This document shows positions 1 through 10,072 of a stretch of 64,000 nucleotides of DNA, piece after piece. Within the stretch, counting starts at the first letter, position 1. Each line of letters starts with the position of its first letter. A model generated the notes under the pieces. The model was given only the letters and a program-made list of their open reading frames with translations. It searched no databases and had not been told where the DNA came from. Source of the stretch: Leidyana gryllorum EB-2025a (Eukaryota > Protista > Apicomplexa); assembly GCA_048772705.1 (NCBI GenBank), contig JBLWGC010000141.1:1-64000 (forward strand), written 5' to 3'. A program made the position numbers and the translations under genes.

Positions 1-60
1 TCCTTCCATCTTGAGATCCAGGGATAGAAAACGCGTGGAGCGGCGAGCCAACAACATCCC

Positions 61-140
61 GGCAAGATGACCGAGTGGTCTGAGGCGCTGTGCTCAGACC
101 GGAGTCCGAAAGGTCGTGGGTTCGAATCCCACTTATGTCA
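61..140 (+). tRNA. trnL: tRNA-Leu(CAG), diverged
   Basis: Long variable arm, CTCAGAC loop, several mismatches. Confidence 0.65.
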
Positions 141-176
141 GGCTGCGCCCCAAACGGGAAAAACATAGAGTCCGGT

Positions 177-248
177 TGAGCCCAGAGTGATTCGAACACC
201 CAACCTTCTGATCTGGAGTCAGGCGCGCTACCGTTGCCCCATAGGCCC
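177..248 (-). tRNA. trnW: tRNA-Trp(CCA)
   Basis: Cloverleaf, CTCCAGA loop. Confidence 0.8.
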
Positions 249-403
249 AAAACCATCCCCCGTTCCAGACTCATTTACCGGCAATCGGCCCGCTTCTTAC
301 GCGTGACATGCGAAAATAGTAACCACTATGAACACGCCACGGACATTCCATTCGTTCAGAAAACGGCCGTTACCGTGTACGAGCTTCAACAACAAGGTGT
401 CAC

Positions 404-474
404 GCATCTGTGGTCTAGTGGTAGAATGTCTCGTTGCCATCGAGACGACCCGGGTTCGATTCCCGGCAGATGCA
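404..474 (+). tRNA. trnG: tRNA-Gly(GCC)
   Basis: GCATCTG/CAGATGC stem, TTGCCAT loop. Confidence 0.93.
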
Positions 475-549
475 GATGACACATGGTTGCTTTTCCACCA
501 TTCAGAAATTCAAGCGTGAGTTGGTGTTTAACCCTCCAACCACATCGCA

Positions 550-631
550 CGACAACTGCTGGATTTGAACCAGCGCGGGCCCGGCCCAGTAGATTTCTAG
601 TCTACCCCCTTAACCACTCGGGCAAGTTGCC
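550..631 (-). tRNA. trnS: tRNA-Ser(AGA)
   Basis: Long variable arm, CTAGAAA loop. Confidence 0.92.
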
Positions 632-972
632 GTTGTCCAACTTGGCATTTTGCGGCCAATGGCTTCACATACGGTTCAGCAAGCTTTACTAGGACTGCTC
701 GCGCCGCCCGAACCCGCGGTTCTCCCTTCAAAAGTCTTGCGCTCTACCGACGGAGTTGGGGCGGCAAGAAAGCTCGGACTTGGTAACAAATTCCAGTCGT
801 ATTGATGGTGGAATCTTTCCGAGACGGTTCGGCTCTCGGCCGTAGGATATGCGGCTTTCACCCGCACGATCCGGGTTCAAGTCCCGGCAGTGGAAGTCAT
901 TGAAGTACTCGAGCAAAAGTGCTCCACTAATCTCCGTCAGTAGCCATCGTTTCGTTATCTCCAACTTACATT

Positions 973-1044
973 GCCTTCTTAGCTTAGGGGCAGAGCATTC
1001 GCTTAGTAAGCGAAAGGTCGCCGATTTGATTCCGGCAGAAGGCT
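973..1044 (+). tRNA. trnT: tRNA-Thr(AGT), T-loop mutated
   Basis: TTAGTAA loop, damaged B-box. Confidence 0.65.
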
Positions 1045-1093
1045 TTGCTCACGACCCAATCAATTCTATAACTGTTTCCCTCCTGCGCACACT

Positions 1094-1165
1094 TAGCAGT
1101 GCGTCGTTTCGATCGACGAACCTTTGGGTTATGAGCCCAACACTCTTCCACTGAGCTACACTGCT
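1094..1165 (-). tRNA. trnM: initiator tRNA-Met(CAT)
   Basis: A1:T72, GATCGAAA T-loop, GGG/CCC anticodon stem. Confidence 0.88.
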
Positions 1166-1300
1166 CAGTCTGCAACATGGAAGAGGGAACCGAAATGCGA
1201 TTCTTGAGATGTTAATGGCTTTGAGTGCCGAAGTGGGCCAACGAGGTGGCTGTGTTGGCTGTGAGGGCAACTTGTCCCGTCGGGTCAACCGACAACCAAC

Positions 1301-1372
1301 GGGCTGTTCTGGGAATCGAACCCAGGACTCCTTCCACCCTAAGGAAGGATCATACCACTAGACCAAACAGCC
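1301..1372 (-). tRNA. trnP: tRNA-Pro(AGG)
   Basis: Intact cloverleaf, TTAGGGT loop. Confidence 0.92.
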
Positions 1373-1505
1373 GACTGGTCGGTCGTGCAACCCGCTGAGG
1401 ACATTTGACCTGGTGGTCATACTATGTTGAGAACCAACAAATGCGATGGGTCTGCACAACAAAATAGAAGGACTTTTGGGGTTTCAGGCCGGTTTGTTCG
1501 GAGCG

Positions 1506-1577
1506 TCCGAGATAGTATAGTGGTTAGTATTTCCGCCTGTCACGCGGAAGACCCGGGTTCGATTTCCGGTCTCGGAG
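1506..1577 (+). tRNA. trnD: tRNA-Asp(GTC)
   Basis: CTGTCAC loop. Confidence 0.88.
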
Positions 1578-1660
1578 CACACCTGGTTGCGGCGCGACCT
1601 CAAAACTAGTCTTCACTTCGTGAAACCTCGCCACTTCTCTTGGTCTGCGGGACCTTCGCT

Positions 1661-1733
1661 GCCGCCATGGTCTAGTGGTCACGACGTCTGCTTAACACGC
1701 AGAAGGTCCCGAGTTCGATCCTCGGTGGCTGTA
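1661..1733 (+). tRNA. trnV: tRNA-Val(AAC)
   Basis: TTAACAC loop. Confidence 0.8.
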
Positions 1734-1787
1734 AACTCGCGTTTGTCAGGTGAGCACCACGAAATCTAAAGCGGAAGAACGAAGTGT

Positions 1788-1859
1788 CTCCGAGACCGGG
1801 AATCGAACCCGGGTCTTCCGAGTGATAGGCGGAAATACTAAGCACTATACTATCTCGGA
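1788..1859 (-). pseudogene. tRNA-Asp body with ATC anticodon
   Basis: Asp body, CTATCAC loop, D-loop GG mutated. Confidence 0.65.
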
Positions 1860-1954
1860 CGCTCGTGGATACTCCGGCCTTCAACCCCAAAAGTCCTCCG
1901 TTCTCGAGACTTCACAGTCAGAAAGCGTGTAAAGTGGCGAGCCAAGGACGCTCC

Positions 1955-2034
1955 GGCAAGATGGCCGAGCGGTCTAAGGCGCTGTGTCAAGGCCGCAGTC
2001 CGAAAGGGCGTGGGTTCGAATCCCACTCTTGTCA
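1955..2034 (+). tRNA. trnL: tRNA-Leu(AAG)
   Basis: Leu body, TCAAGGC loop (C33). Confidence 0.75.
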
Positions 2035-2100
2035 ACCGTTGTATTGTATTGAGTCGTCCCTCTCTTCACCTATAGACAGGTGGTTTGAGCTACATACGGC

Positions 2101-2171
2101 TGCACCTGCCGGGACTCGAACCCGGGTTACGACCTTGGAAGGGTCGCATCTTACCCTTAGACCACAAGTGC
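2101..2171 (-). tRNA. trnG: tRNA-Gly(TCC)
   Basis: CTTCCAA loop, intact. Confidence 0.92.
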
Positions 2172-2368
2172 AATTGCGAAAGATCTGCAGCACCCCGAGA
2201 GACTCGGGCAATTTCTACTTCCAGCTGTCTGCGGATCGAATCGAGCACTTTCACGGACGAAGGAAACTGATACCACTAGCACTTCAACTCGACATGCGGG
2301 GCAGCGGCTGCCTTGCAGCTAGCAAGCTTGCCTCGGTCGAAACGGAACGTCTTCCGAGTGAGAGGCTA

Positions 2369-2441
2369 TGATGCGGATGGGACTCGAACCCACAACTCCC
2401 GGTTCCGAAGACCGATGCCCTATCCATTAGGCCACCGCACC
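2369..2441 (-). tRNA. trnR: tRNA-Arg(TCG)
   Basis: CTTCGGA loop, intact. Confidence 0.9.
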
Positions 2442-2539
2442 ATGGATAGGCTTCGGTCATCTCGATACTGGTTGGGTGAAAGAGGAGACACCTTGGGCAG
2501 CCGGTTCTGTCCCACTCAAAAGTCGGATGCGTCCCGAAT

Positions 2540-2612
2540 GCGGTTGTGGTGCAATGGAGAGCGCGTTGCCCTCCTAAGGCAAAGGTTGAGGGTTCGAGTC
2601 CCTCTAGCCGTT
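2540..2612 (+). tRNA. trnR: tRNA-Arg(CCT)
   Basis: CTCCTAA loop. Confidence 0.8.
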
Positions 2613-3077
2613 TCCTGCGTGCCTTCGTTTGTGCAAAGTGGAGCACAAACAGGTGAAAGTGATCGATGCAGTTGGGAGATTGGTCATACCATGTAAAAAA
2701 GCAATGGATGTACTGGGGTTTGCTAAATGGGCGACTAGCTCAAATGGTAGCTCGCTACGCTTAGCGTGCGAGAGATACTGGGATCGGTGCCCAGGTCGTC
2801 CAAAGTACGTACGGCTGCACGTGCCGGGATCTCACCATCTTTGAAGGGTCGCAGACCACAATTGCCATTGCGAGAGCAGCGCAGTCAGTGTCTAGCGTGC
2901 CTCTGAAAGCGCTCCTGGCAGGTTCCGAGCCTGCGACTTTGCCGTTAACAGCCACACCCTCTGCCGCCTGAGCTACAAGACCCCTTACAATGTTTCAGAG
3001 GTTAGTAGAGAGACCCTCCTCTTCCTACAACAGTTCGCACGGGGTGCCCGAGGGAAGGTGTAATCAGTTACAGTCGC

Positions 3078-3159
3078 GCCAAGGTGGCCGAGCGGTTAAG
3101 GCGGCGGCCTGCTAAGCCGCTGGGTTTCACCCGCGTGAATTCGAATCTCACCCTTGTCG
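3078..3159 (+). tRNA. trnS: tRNA-Ser(GCT), diverged
   Basis: CTGCTAA loop, long variable arm. Confidence 0.7.
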
Positions 3160-3376
3160 GTAGCATTCGCGGAGAGCGCAGTTGCTTCAATGATTGAAGT
3201 GAGCTTTCTGTCCGAGTCAAATCCAACGCTCTACGCTGGACGCTATATACAGGAGCCAATTAAATTTTCCAGACGTCAGTAGAGAGACCCGTGTTGCGTG
3301 TGTCCAGTTGAGGAAGCGCTAGTCCGGATAATTCTACCGACTCAATTCTACCGACTCTTCTGGGATGGGCTGAATC

Positions 3377-3448
3377 GCTTGCGTGGTGTAGTGGTTAGCA
3401 CTGGAGACTCTGAATCTCCCGACCTGGGTTCGATTCCCGGCGCGACCT
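3377..3448 (+). tRNA. trnQ: tRNA-Gln(CTG)
   Basis: CTCTGAA loop. Confidence 0.82.
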
Positions 3449-3524
3449 TGGAACTGGTCCTCACTGCTGGGTACCAAAGCCACTTAAGATGTCGGGCCAT
3501 CGGGTTTTGTGTCCTTGCATTCCT

Positions 3525-3597
3525 GCCGCCCTAGCTCAGTCGGTAGAGCGCAAGACTCTTAATCTTGCAGTCGCGGGTTCGAGCCCCGCGGGCGGTG
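3525..3597 (+). tRNA. trnK: tRNA-Lys(CTT)
   Basis: CTCTTAA loop, intact. Confidence 0.93.
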
Positions 3598-3646
3598 CAA
3601 ATCAATGTCTCTGGAAGCCGTTACCTACAACCACACTCTGCTGGAT

Positions 3647-3719
3647 TTCCACTGCCGGGGCTTGAACCCGGATCGTGCGGGTGAAAGCCGCATATCCTAG
3701 CCACTTAGAGTACAGTGGA
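3647..3719 (-). tRNA. trnE: tRNA-Glu(TTC)
   Basis: CTTTCAC loop. Confidence 0.8.
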
Positions 3720-3832
3720 CAACTCCCTCAGCTGCAGCTTTAGCCGAGAGCCGTACCCTCTTCACAAGACGTGGTTGCAGATGTTGTATAAAAAGGAGGA
3801 TCTCTATACTAATTTCTGAACCATTGTAGCTG

Positions 3833-3905
3833 GGTCTTGTCGCTCAGTCGGCAGAGCGTGTGGCTGTTAACCACAAAGTCGCAGGTTCGAAACCTGCCAG
3901 GACCG
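3833..3905 (+). tRNA. trnN: tRNA-Asn(GTT)
   Basis: CTGTTAA loop. Confidence 0.88.
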
Positions 3906-4020
3906 GTTTCAGAGGCACACTAAACACTGAGTGCGCTGGTGTGCCAATGGCACTTGTGGTCTGCGACCCTTCAAAGATGGAAGTTTGTTTGCATCCCGCC
4001 ACGTGCAGCCGTACGTACTT

Positions 4021-4093
4021 TGGACAACCTGGGTATCGATCCCAGTACCTCTCGCATGCGAAGCGAGCGCTCCACCATCTGAGCTAGCCGCCC
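4021..4093 (-). tRNA. trnA: tRNA-Ala(CGC)
   Basis: TTCGCAT loop, GGATCGA T-arm. Confidence 0.82.
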
Positions 4094-4117
4094 ATCCGCT
4101 CATCCGCTCTACATGGA

Positions 4118-4418
4118 TGATGCGTCATTTTGAACCTGATCTGCATTCTTTCAGTTAAGCCCCAAGTCAATGACGGCCTAAGGCCTTTAGGTTAAGCTAG
4201 ATCTACGTGCCAGCCTGGTTAAGGGAGACACGAGCACGACACACACGTTTTTATTATTCATTTTTCATTACATTCCAATACAACTAATTTACGGGCACTT
4301 ACCAGACCAAAACCCAACTTCAGAATACCCAGATTAGCCATCAGTATAGATTATGGACCCAATGCATCCAACTAGGGACGGAACCAGCGATTCGGCGGAT
4401 GTTCCGCCTATCAAACCA
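4118..4418 (-). mobile_element. Solo LTR-like insertion, family A (301 bp, TG...CA, 5-bp TSD ATGGA)
   Basis: ATGGA at 4113-4117 and 4419-4423; empty site at ~6295-6316 (reverse); AT-rich; AATAAA on minus strand. Confidence 0.8.
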
Positions 4419-4880
4419 ATGGAAGACCTATTGCATCCAGTGGCTGACCGAGGGCCGATACAACGGCTGACAAGAGTGGGATTCGAACCCACGCCCTTTC
4501 AGACTGCGGCCTTCGCCTTGGACCACTCGGCCATCTTGCCGGAGTGCCCTTGGCTCGCCACTTTACACGCTTTCTGTCCGTGAAGTCTCGAGAAGGGAGG
4601 ACTTTTGGGGTTGAAGATGTCGTTCTGGGTGCGGTGTACCGCCCCGAAGTACTATCACGGCCCGGGGTGCTTACATTACAACCCATCTGATTGTAGTGGT
4701 GGCATCAGATATTCGACGGGTAAATGCCGTCCCACCCGGAGTTGAGGAGTGGACTTCTTACAACGTAATTCGTCTGAGGCTCCTGTTCCATTCCATACTC
4801 CGGTCGTCAACCCCAAAAGTCCTCCCTTCTCGAGACTTCACAGACAGAAAGCGTGTAAAGTGGCGAGCCAAGGGCGCTCC

Positions 4881-4960
4881 GGCAAGATGGCCGAGTGGTC
4901 TAAGGCGCTGTGTTAAGGCCGCAGTCCGAAAGGGCGTGGGTTCGAATCCCACTCTTGTCA
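4881..4960 (+). tRNA. trnL: tRNA-Leu(AAG)
   Basis: TTAAGGC loop, intact. Confidence 0.92.
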
Positions 4961-5027
4961 ACCGTTGTATTGTATTGAGTCGTCCCCTCTCTTCACCGAT
5001 AGACAGGTCGTTCGAGCTACAAACGGC

Positions 5028-5098
5028 TGCACCTGCCGGGACTCGAACCCGGGTTACGACCTTGGAAGGGTCGCATCTTTCCCTTAGACCACAAGTGC
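5028..5098 (-). tRNA. trnG: tRNA-Gly(TCC)
   Basis: CTTCCAA loop. Confidence 0.85.
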
Positions 5099-5477
5099 AA
5101 TTGCGAAAGATCTGCAGCACCCCGAGAGACTCGGGCAATATCTGCTTCCAGCTGTCTGCAACCTACTCAAGAACGGACTGTTCGGGGATCGAATCGAGCA
5201 CTTCCACAGACGAAGGAAACTGATACCACTAGCACTTCAACTCGACATACGGGGCAGCGGCTCTCATACAGCTAGCAAGCTTGCCTCGGTCGAAACGGAA
5301 CGTCGTCCGAGTGAGAGGATATGATGCGGATCGGCCTCGGACCCACAACTCCCGGTTCCGAAGACCGATGCCCTATCCAGTAGGCCACGGCACCATGGAG
5401 AGGCTTCGGTCATCTCGATATCTCAGAACCTCCCCCAAACCGTTGTGAAAAAGTGCCAGCGAGTAAGACATGTCGTC

Positions 5478-5559
5478 GGCAAGGTGGCCGAGTGGTTAAG
5501 GCGGCGGCCTGCTAAGCCGTTGGGTTCTACCCGCGTGAGTTCGAATCTCACCCTTGTCG
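5478..5559 (+). tRNA. trnS: tRNA-Ser(GCT)
   Basis: Intact, CTGCTAA loop. Confidence 0.92.
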
Positions 5560-5884
5560 GTAGCATTCGGGGAGAGCGCATCTGCTTCAATGATTGAACT
5601 GGGGATTTTGGCCGACTCGAATCCAACTCTTTACGCTGGGGGCTGTATACAAAAGCCAGTTACAATACTTCAGAGGTTAGTAGAGAGACCCGTGTTGCAT
5701 GTGTCCAGTTGAGGAAGCGCTAGTCCGACTCTTCTGGGATGGGCTGAACCGGTTGCGTCCTTGGTGGTTAGCACTCGACACTTTGGATTTTCCGACCTGG
5801 GTTCGATCCCGGCGCGACCCTTGAACTGGTCCTCACTACTCCCTGAAGCTTCGCCACTTCTCTTGGGCTGCGGGGACCATCCAT

Positions 5885-5957
5885 GCAGCCATGGTCTAGT
5901 GGTTACGACGTCTGCTTAACACGCAGAAGGTACCGAGTTTGATCCTCGGTGGCTGTA
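5885..5957 (+). tRNA. trnV: tRNA-Val(AAC), T-loop mutated
   Basis: TTAACAC loop. Confidence 0.7.
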
Positions 5958-6316
5958 GCTCGCAACTTTCAGCGGGCACCAAAAAAGACAATCTTAAGCG
6001 AGATCAACTGTGCTCCGAGACCGGGAATCGTACAGGGGTATTGCGAGTGACAGGCGGAAATACTAAGCACTATACTATCTCGGACGCTCGTGGATACCCC
6101 GACCTTCAACCCCAAAAGTTTTCCCTTCTCGAGACTTCACGGACAGAAAGCGTGTAAAGTAGCGAGCCAAGAGCATCCCGGCAGGATGGCCGAGTAGTCT
6201 AAGGCGCTGTGTTTAGGCCGCAGTCCGACAGGGCGTGGGTTCGAAGCCACGCTTGTCAGCCGTTGTATCGGCTCGGTCAGCCACTGGATGCAATAGGTCT
6301 TCCATGTAGAGCGGAT

Positions 6317-6389
6317 GGGCGGCTAGCTCAGATGGTAGAGCGCTCGCTTTGCATGCGAGAGGTACTGGGATCGATACCCAGGTCGTCCA
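6317..6389 (+). tRNA. trnA: tRNA-Ala(TGC)
   Basis: TTTGCAT loop. Confidence 0.9.
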
Positions 6390-6505
6390 AAGTACGTACG
6401 GCTGCACGTGGCGGGATCCAAACAAAACTTACATCTTTGAAGAGTCGCAGACCACAAGGGCCATTGGGAGAGCAGCGCAGTCAGTGTTTAGTGTGCCTCT
6501 GAAAC

Positions 6506-6578
6506 CGGTCCTGGCAGGTTTCGAACCTGCGACTTTGTGGTGAACAGCCACACGCTCTGCCGACTGAGCTACAAGACC
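6506..6578 (-). tRNA. trnN: tRNA-Asn(GTT)
   Basis: Asn body, C37 variant. Confidence 0.8.
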
Positions 6579-6695
6579 CAGCTACAATGGTTCAGAGGTT
6601 AGTATAGAGATCCTCCTTTTTCTACCGCAGGATTCTGCAACCACGTCTTGTCAAGAGGGTACGGCTCTCGGCTAAAGCTGCAGCTGAGGGAGTTG

Positions 6696-6768
6696 TCCAC
6701 TGTAGTCTAAGTGGCTAGGATATGCGGCTTTCACCCGCACGATCCGGGTTCAAGTCCCGGCAGTGCAA
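6696..6768 (+). tRNA. trnE: tRNA-Glu(TTC)
   Basis: CTTTCAC loop. Confidence 0.82.
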
Positions 6769-6844
6769 GTCATTGGACCATTCGAGCAAAGTGCTCCAGT
6801 AACCTCCGTCAATAGTGACTGATGCGTGATTTCCAGCTAATATT

Positions 6845-6916
6845 GCCTTCTTAGCTTAGGGGCAGAGCATTCGCTTAGTAAGCGAAAGGTCGCCGGTTCG
6901 ATTCCGGCAGAAGGCT
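6845..6916 (+). tRNA. trnT: tRNA-Thr(AGT)
   Basis: Intact. Confidence 0.92.
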
Positions 6917-6965
6917 TTACTCACGAGAGAATCTATTCTATAACTGTTTCCCTGCTGCGCACACT

Positions 6966-7037
6966 TAGCAGTGCGTCGTTTCAATCGACGGACCTTTGGG
7001 TTATGAGCCCAACACTCTTCCACTGAGCTACACTGCT
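6966..7037 (-). tRNA. trnM: initiator tRNA-Met(CAT)
   Basis: iMet body, one T-loop change. Confidence 0.78.
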
Positions 7038-7322
7038 CAGTCTGCAACATGGAAGAGGTAGCCGAAATGCGATTCTTGAGATTCTAGTATGCCCTGACTA
7101 CCCAAGTGTGCTAACGAGGTGGCTGTGTTGGTTCTGAGGGCAACTTGTCCCGTCGGGTCAACCGACGACCATTAGGGCTGTTCTGCGAATCGAAGCCAGG
7201 ACGCTTCCACCCCAAGGAAGGATCCAGAGCAATAGCCGAATACTTGGGTGCATGCAACCGGACATATGGAGACTCGAATCCACTCTGGCCTTCTCCAGCC
7301 TACTTGCGGGGATGATGGCCGT

Positions 7323-7406
7323 TGCACAGAATGGGATTCGAACCCATGCAGACTTGCGCCTACCAGAACTTGAGTCTGGCCCCTTAGACCACTCGGGCAT
7401 CTGTGC
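7323..7406 (-). tRNA. trnL: tRNA-Leu(CAA), second Leu family
   Basis: GCACAGA/TCTGTGC stem, CTCAAGT loop. Confidence 0.9.
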
Positions 7407-7502
7407 GTTACTTTCCTTCTGAATTCCAGCGTGTGAACGGCTTCCGTTGCGACTGTTGATGTCGTTCTGGGTGCGGTGTACCGCCCCGAAGTACTCTTAC
7501 GG

Positions 7503-7581
7503 CCCGGCGTGCTCAGATGGCAACGAATCTGTCTGTAGTGGTGACATCAGATATTCGACGAGTAAATTCCGTCCCACCGGA
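7503..7581 (+). pseudogene. Decayed tRNA-Tyr with 7-nt intron remnant
   Basis: CTGTAG-tggtgac-ATCAGA; 3' end TCCGTCCCACCGGA. Confidence 0.6.
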
Positions 7582-7600
7582 AGTTGATGAGTGGACTTCT

Positions 7601-8160
7601 TGTTGTAGTTCGTGTTTGCCTGATGGTCAACTTCCTATCGGGTTGCCAAATTCGACTTGGTGAAATTTCCAATCGAATTAACATCCATCTGGATACTTCC
7701 CTACATATTTGGCACTTATATAGGGGCATGTATAAGATGGTGAAAAGGCATTATTAACCAACGTAAAGCAACTACTACTAAAGCGTAAAGGCTAATGCAC
7801 CCTAGTGGTCTGAACTCTCTGTGACAGTGTAACTGTGCAGACACTCGCATGAATGATCAGAGTGTGGTGTCGGGGAGAACTACCGTGTGTCCAGCGCGAG
7901 GCCCCGCAAGAGTGCGAGCGACTGGCACATGGGTAGAGTGAGAGAGACACCAGAGTGAGAGACACACGTAAGCAAAGTTGGCTAAGTCAGAGTTGGACTA
8001 GGCAAGAGGCGGCCTAAGATAACTTTTGCTCTTGGTACAACAAGTCGTAGTTCTTGTTTTGCGTCGTCGTGTGCGACATATTCGTGGTAGACTTGTCGGC
8101 AAAAATACTAACTTGGTTCCTAAGTCTGACTTGTGGTCGAAAGTATGCAGAGATACAACA
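7601..8160. mobile_element. Solo LTR-like element, family B (560 bp, TGTTGTA...TACAACA)
   Basis: Non-tRNA sequence with 7-bp terminal inverted repeats; second copy at 63699-64000. Confidence 0.75.
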
Positions 8161-8242
8161 GGCAACTTGCCCGAGTGGTTAAGGGGGTAGACTTGAAATC
8201 TACTGGGTCTGGCCCGCGCTGGTTCGAATCCAGCAGTTGTCG
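8161..8242 (+). tRNA. trnS: tRNA-Ser(TGA)
   Basis: CTTGAAA loop, intact. Confidence 0.9.
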
Positions 8243-8324
8243 TGCGATCTGATTGGAGGGGCAGACAACAACTCACTCCTGAAACCCCAGAATGGTGCCT
8301 CAATCAACCATCTGCCATCTTCTC

Positions 8325-8395
8325 TGCATCTGCCGGGAATCGAACCTGGGTCGTCTCCGTGGCAACGAGACATTCTACCACTAGACCACAGATGC
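8325..8395 (-). tRNA. trnG: tRNA-Gly(GCC)
   Basis: Gly body. Confidence 0.8.
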
Positions 8396-9076
8396 ATAAT
8401 ACCTTGTTGAGCTAGTCCCCGCGCCCGCTGCGCAGACCTCATACCATTCATGGTTTTTGACATAGTATGACCAATCTCTCGACTGCGGCGCGCACCAACA
8501 CAGTGACATGACAAGCGTGGGATTCGAGCCCACGCGATTTGGAACTGCGGCCTGAACACAGCGCTTCAGACCACTCGGCCATGTTGCCGGAGTGTTGTTG
8601 GCTCGCCGCTCCACGCGTTTCCTGTCCGTGGAATCTCGAAACTGGTAAGACGTCTGAGGCTGAAGGCCGGCGCGTTGACGATCGTCCGAGATGAAGTAGT
8701 GGTCAGTATTTCCGCCTGTCACGCGGAAGACCCGGATTCGATGCCCGGTTTCGGAGCACAGCTGATTCCGCTTAAGATTGCCGCTGAAAGTTGCGAGCTA
8801 CAGTCACCGAGGATCGAACTCGGGACCTTCTGCGTGTTAACCAGACGTCGTAATCACTACACCATGGGTGCACGAAAGCTTTCCGCAGACCAAGAGGAGT
8901 TGCGAAATTTCAAGAAGTAGTGAGCACTAGTTGCGAGGTCGTGTCGGGAATCAAATCCAGGTCGGGAGATTCAAAATCTCCACAACTAACCACTGTGCCG
9001 TAGGGGGGCAGGCTGAACAGGCGGCTGTCTGGTCTGGTGGTATGATTCTTCCTCGGGTGGAAGAACATTGTAATTG

Positions 9077-9149
9077 GGTCTTGTAGCTCAGTCGGCAGAG
9101 CGTGTGGCTGTTAACCACAAAGTCGCAGGTTCGAAACCTGCCAGGACCG
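9077..9149 (+). tRNA. trnN: tRNA-Asn(GTT)
   Basis: Intact. Confidence 0.92.
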
Positions 9150-9337
9150 GGTGATGCGGCACCGTACTCTCTAGACGGCACTTGTGCTCTTGGAACCCCT
9201 TTCCAAGGTCGTAGACTTAGCCGAAATGCGATTCTCTAGATGTCAGTTGCCCTGACTGCCCTACCGAGGTGGGCTAACGAGGTGGCTGTGTTGGTTGTGA
9301 GGGCAACTTGTCCCGTCGGGTCAACCGACGACCAAGA

Positions 9338-9409
9338 GGGCTGTTCTGGGAATCGAACCCAGGACTCCTTCCACCCTAAGGAAGGATCATACCACTAGAC
9401 CAAACAGCC
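9338..9409 (-). tRNA. trnP: tRNA-Pro(AGG)
   Basis: Intact. Confidence 0.92.
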
Positions 9410-9664
9410 GACTGATCGGTGGTGCAAATTGCTGGTAGAGTCGGGAGACTGGTCATAACATGTCAAGAACCACTAAATGCTATGGGGTGTGCACAGCCGG
9501 CGACTAGCTCAAATTATGTAGCACTCGCGTAGCAGGCGAGAGATGCTGGGATCGATGCCCAGGTCGTCCAAACTTCTACCGGCTGCACCTCCGGTATCTG
9601 AAAACAGAGTCACGACCGAATGGAGTTGACGCCCGATCGCAACCATGTTTAGGCTGATGACTGA

Positions 9665-9736
9665 AGCCTCCTGTCGGAATCGAACCAGCGACCTTTCGCT
9701 TACAAAGCGAATGCTCTGCCCCTAAGCTAAGGAGGC
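9665..9736 (-). tRNA. trnT: tRNA-Thr(TGT)
   Basis: TTTGTAA loop. Confidence 0.85.
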
Positions 9737-9990
9737 ATTCCCTGTCTCGCCCATATGAGTTTTTGATGCTGGGAATTGCATTATTTCCACCGCATCGCAC
9801 GACAACTGCTGCATTCAAACCAGCGCGGGCCAGGCCCAGTAGATTTCTAGTTTACCCCCTCAACCACTCGGGCAAGTTGCCACCTGTCGAACTCGGCATT
9901 TTGCGGCCAGTGATGTCACATACGGTTCGGCAAGCTTGACTAGGACCCCAAACCGTTGTGAAAAAGTGCCAGCGAGTAAGAGATGTCGTC

Positions 9991-10072
9991 GGCAAGGTGG
10001 CCGAGTGGTTAAGGCGGCGGCCTGCTAAGCCGTTGGGTTCCACCCGCGTGAGTTCGAATCTCACCCTTGTCG
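9991..10072 (+). tRNA. trnS: tRNA-Ser(GCT)
   Basis: Intact. Confidence 0.92.

Noticed and set aside
8161-8180. Primer-binding site after the family-B LTR
   Set aside because: The following sequence is the sense 5' end of a complete Ser gene, not a TGG-starting complement of a tRNA 3' end
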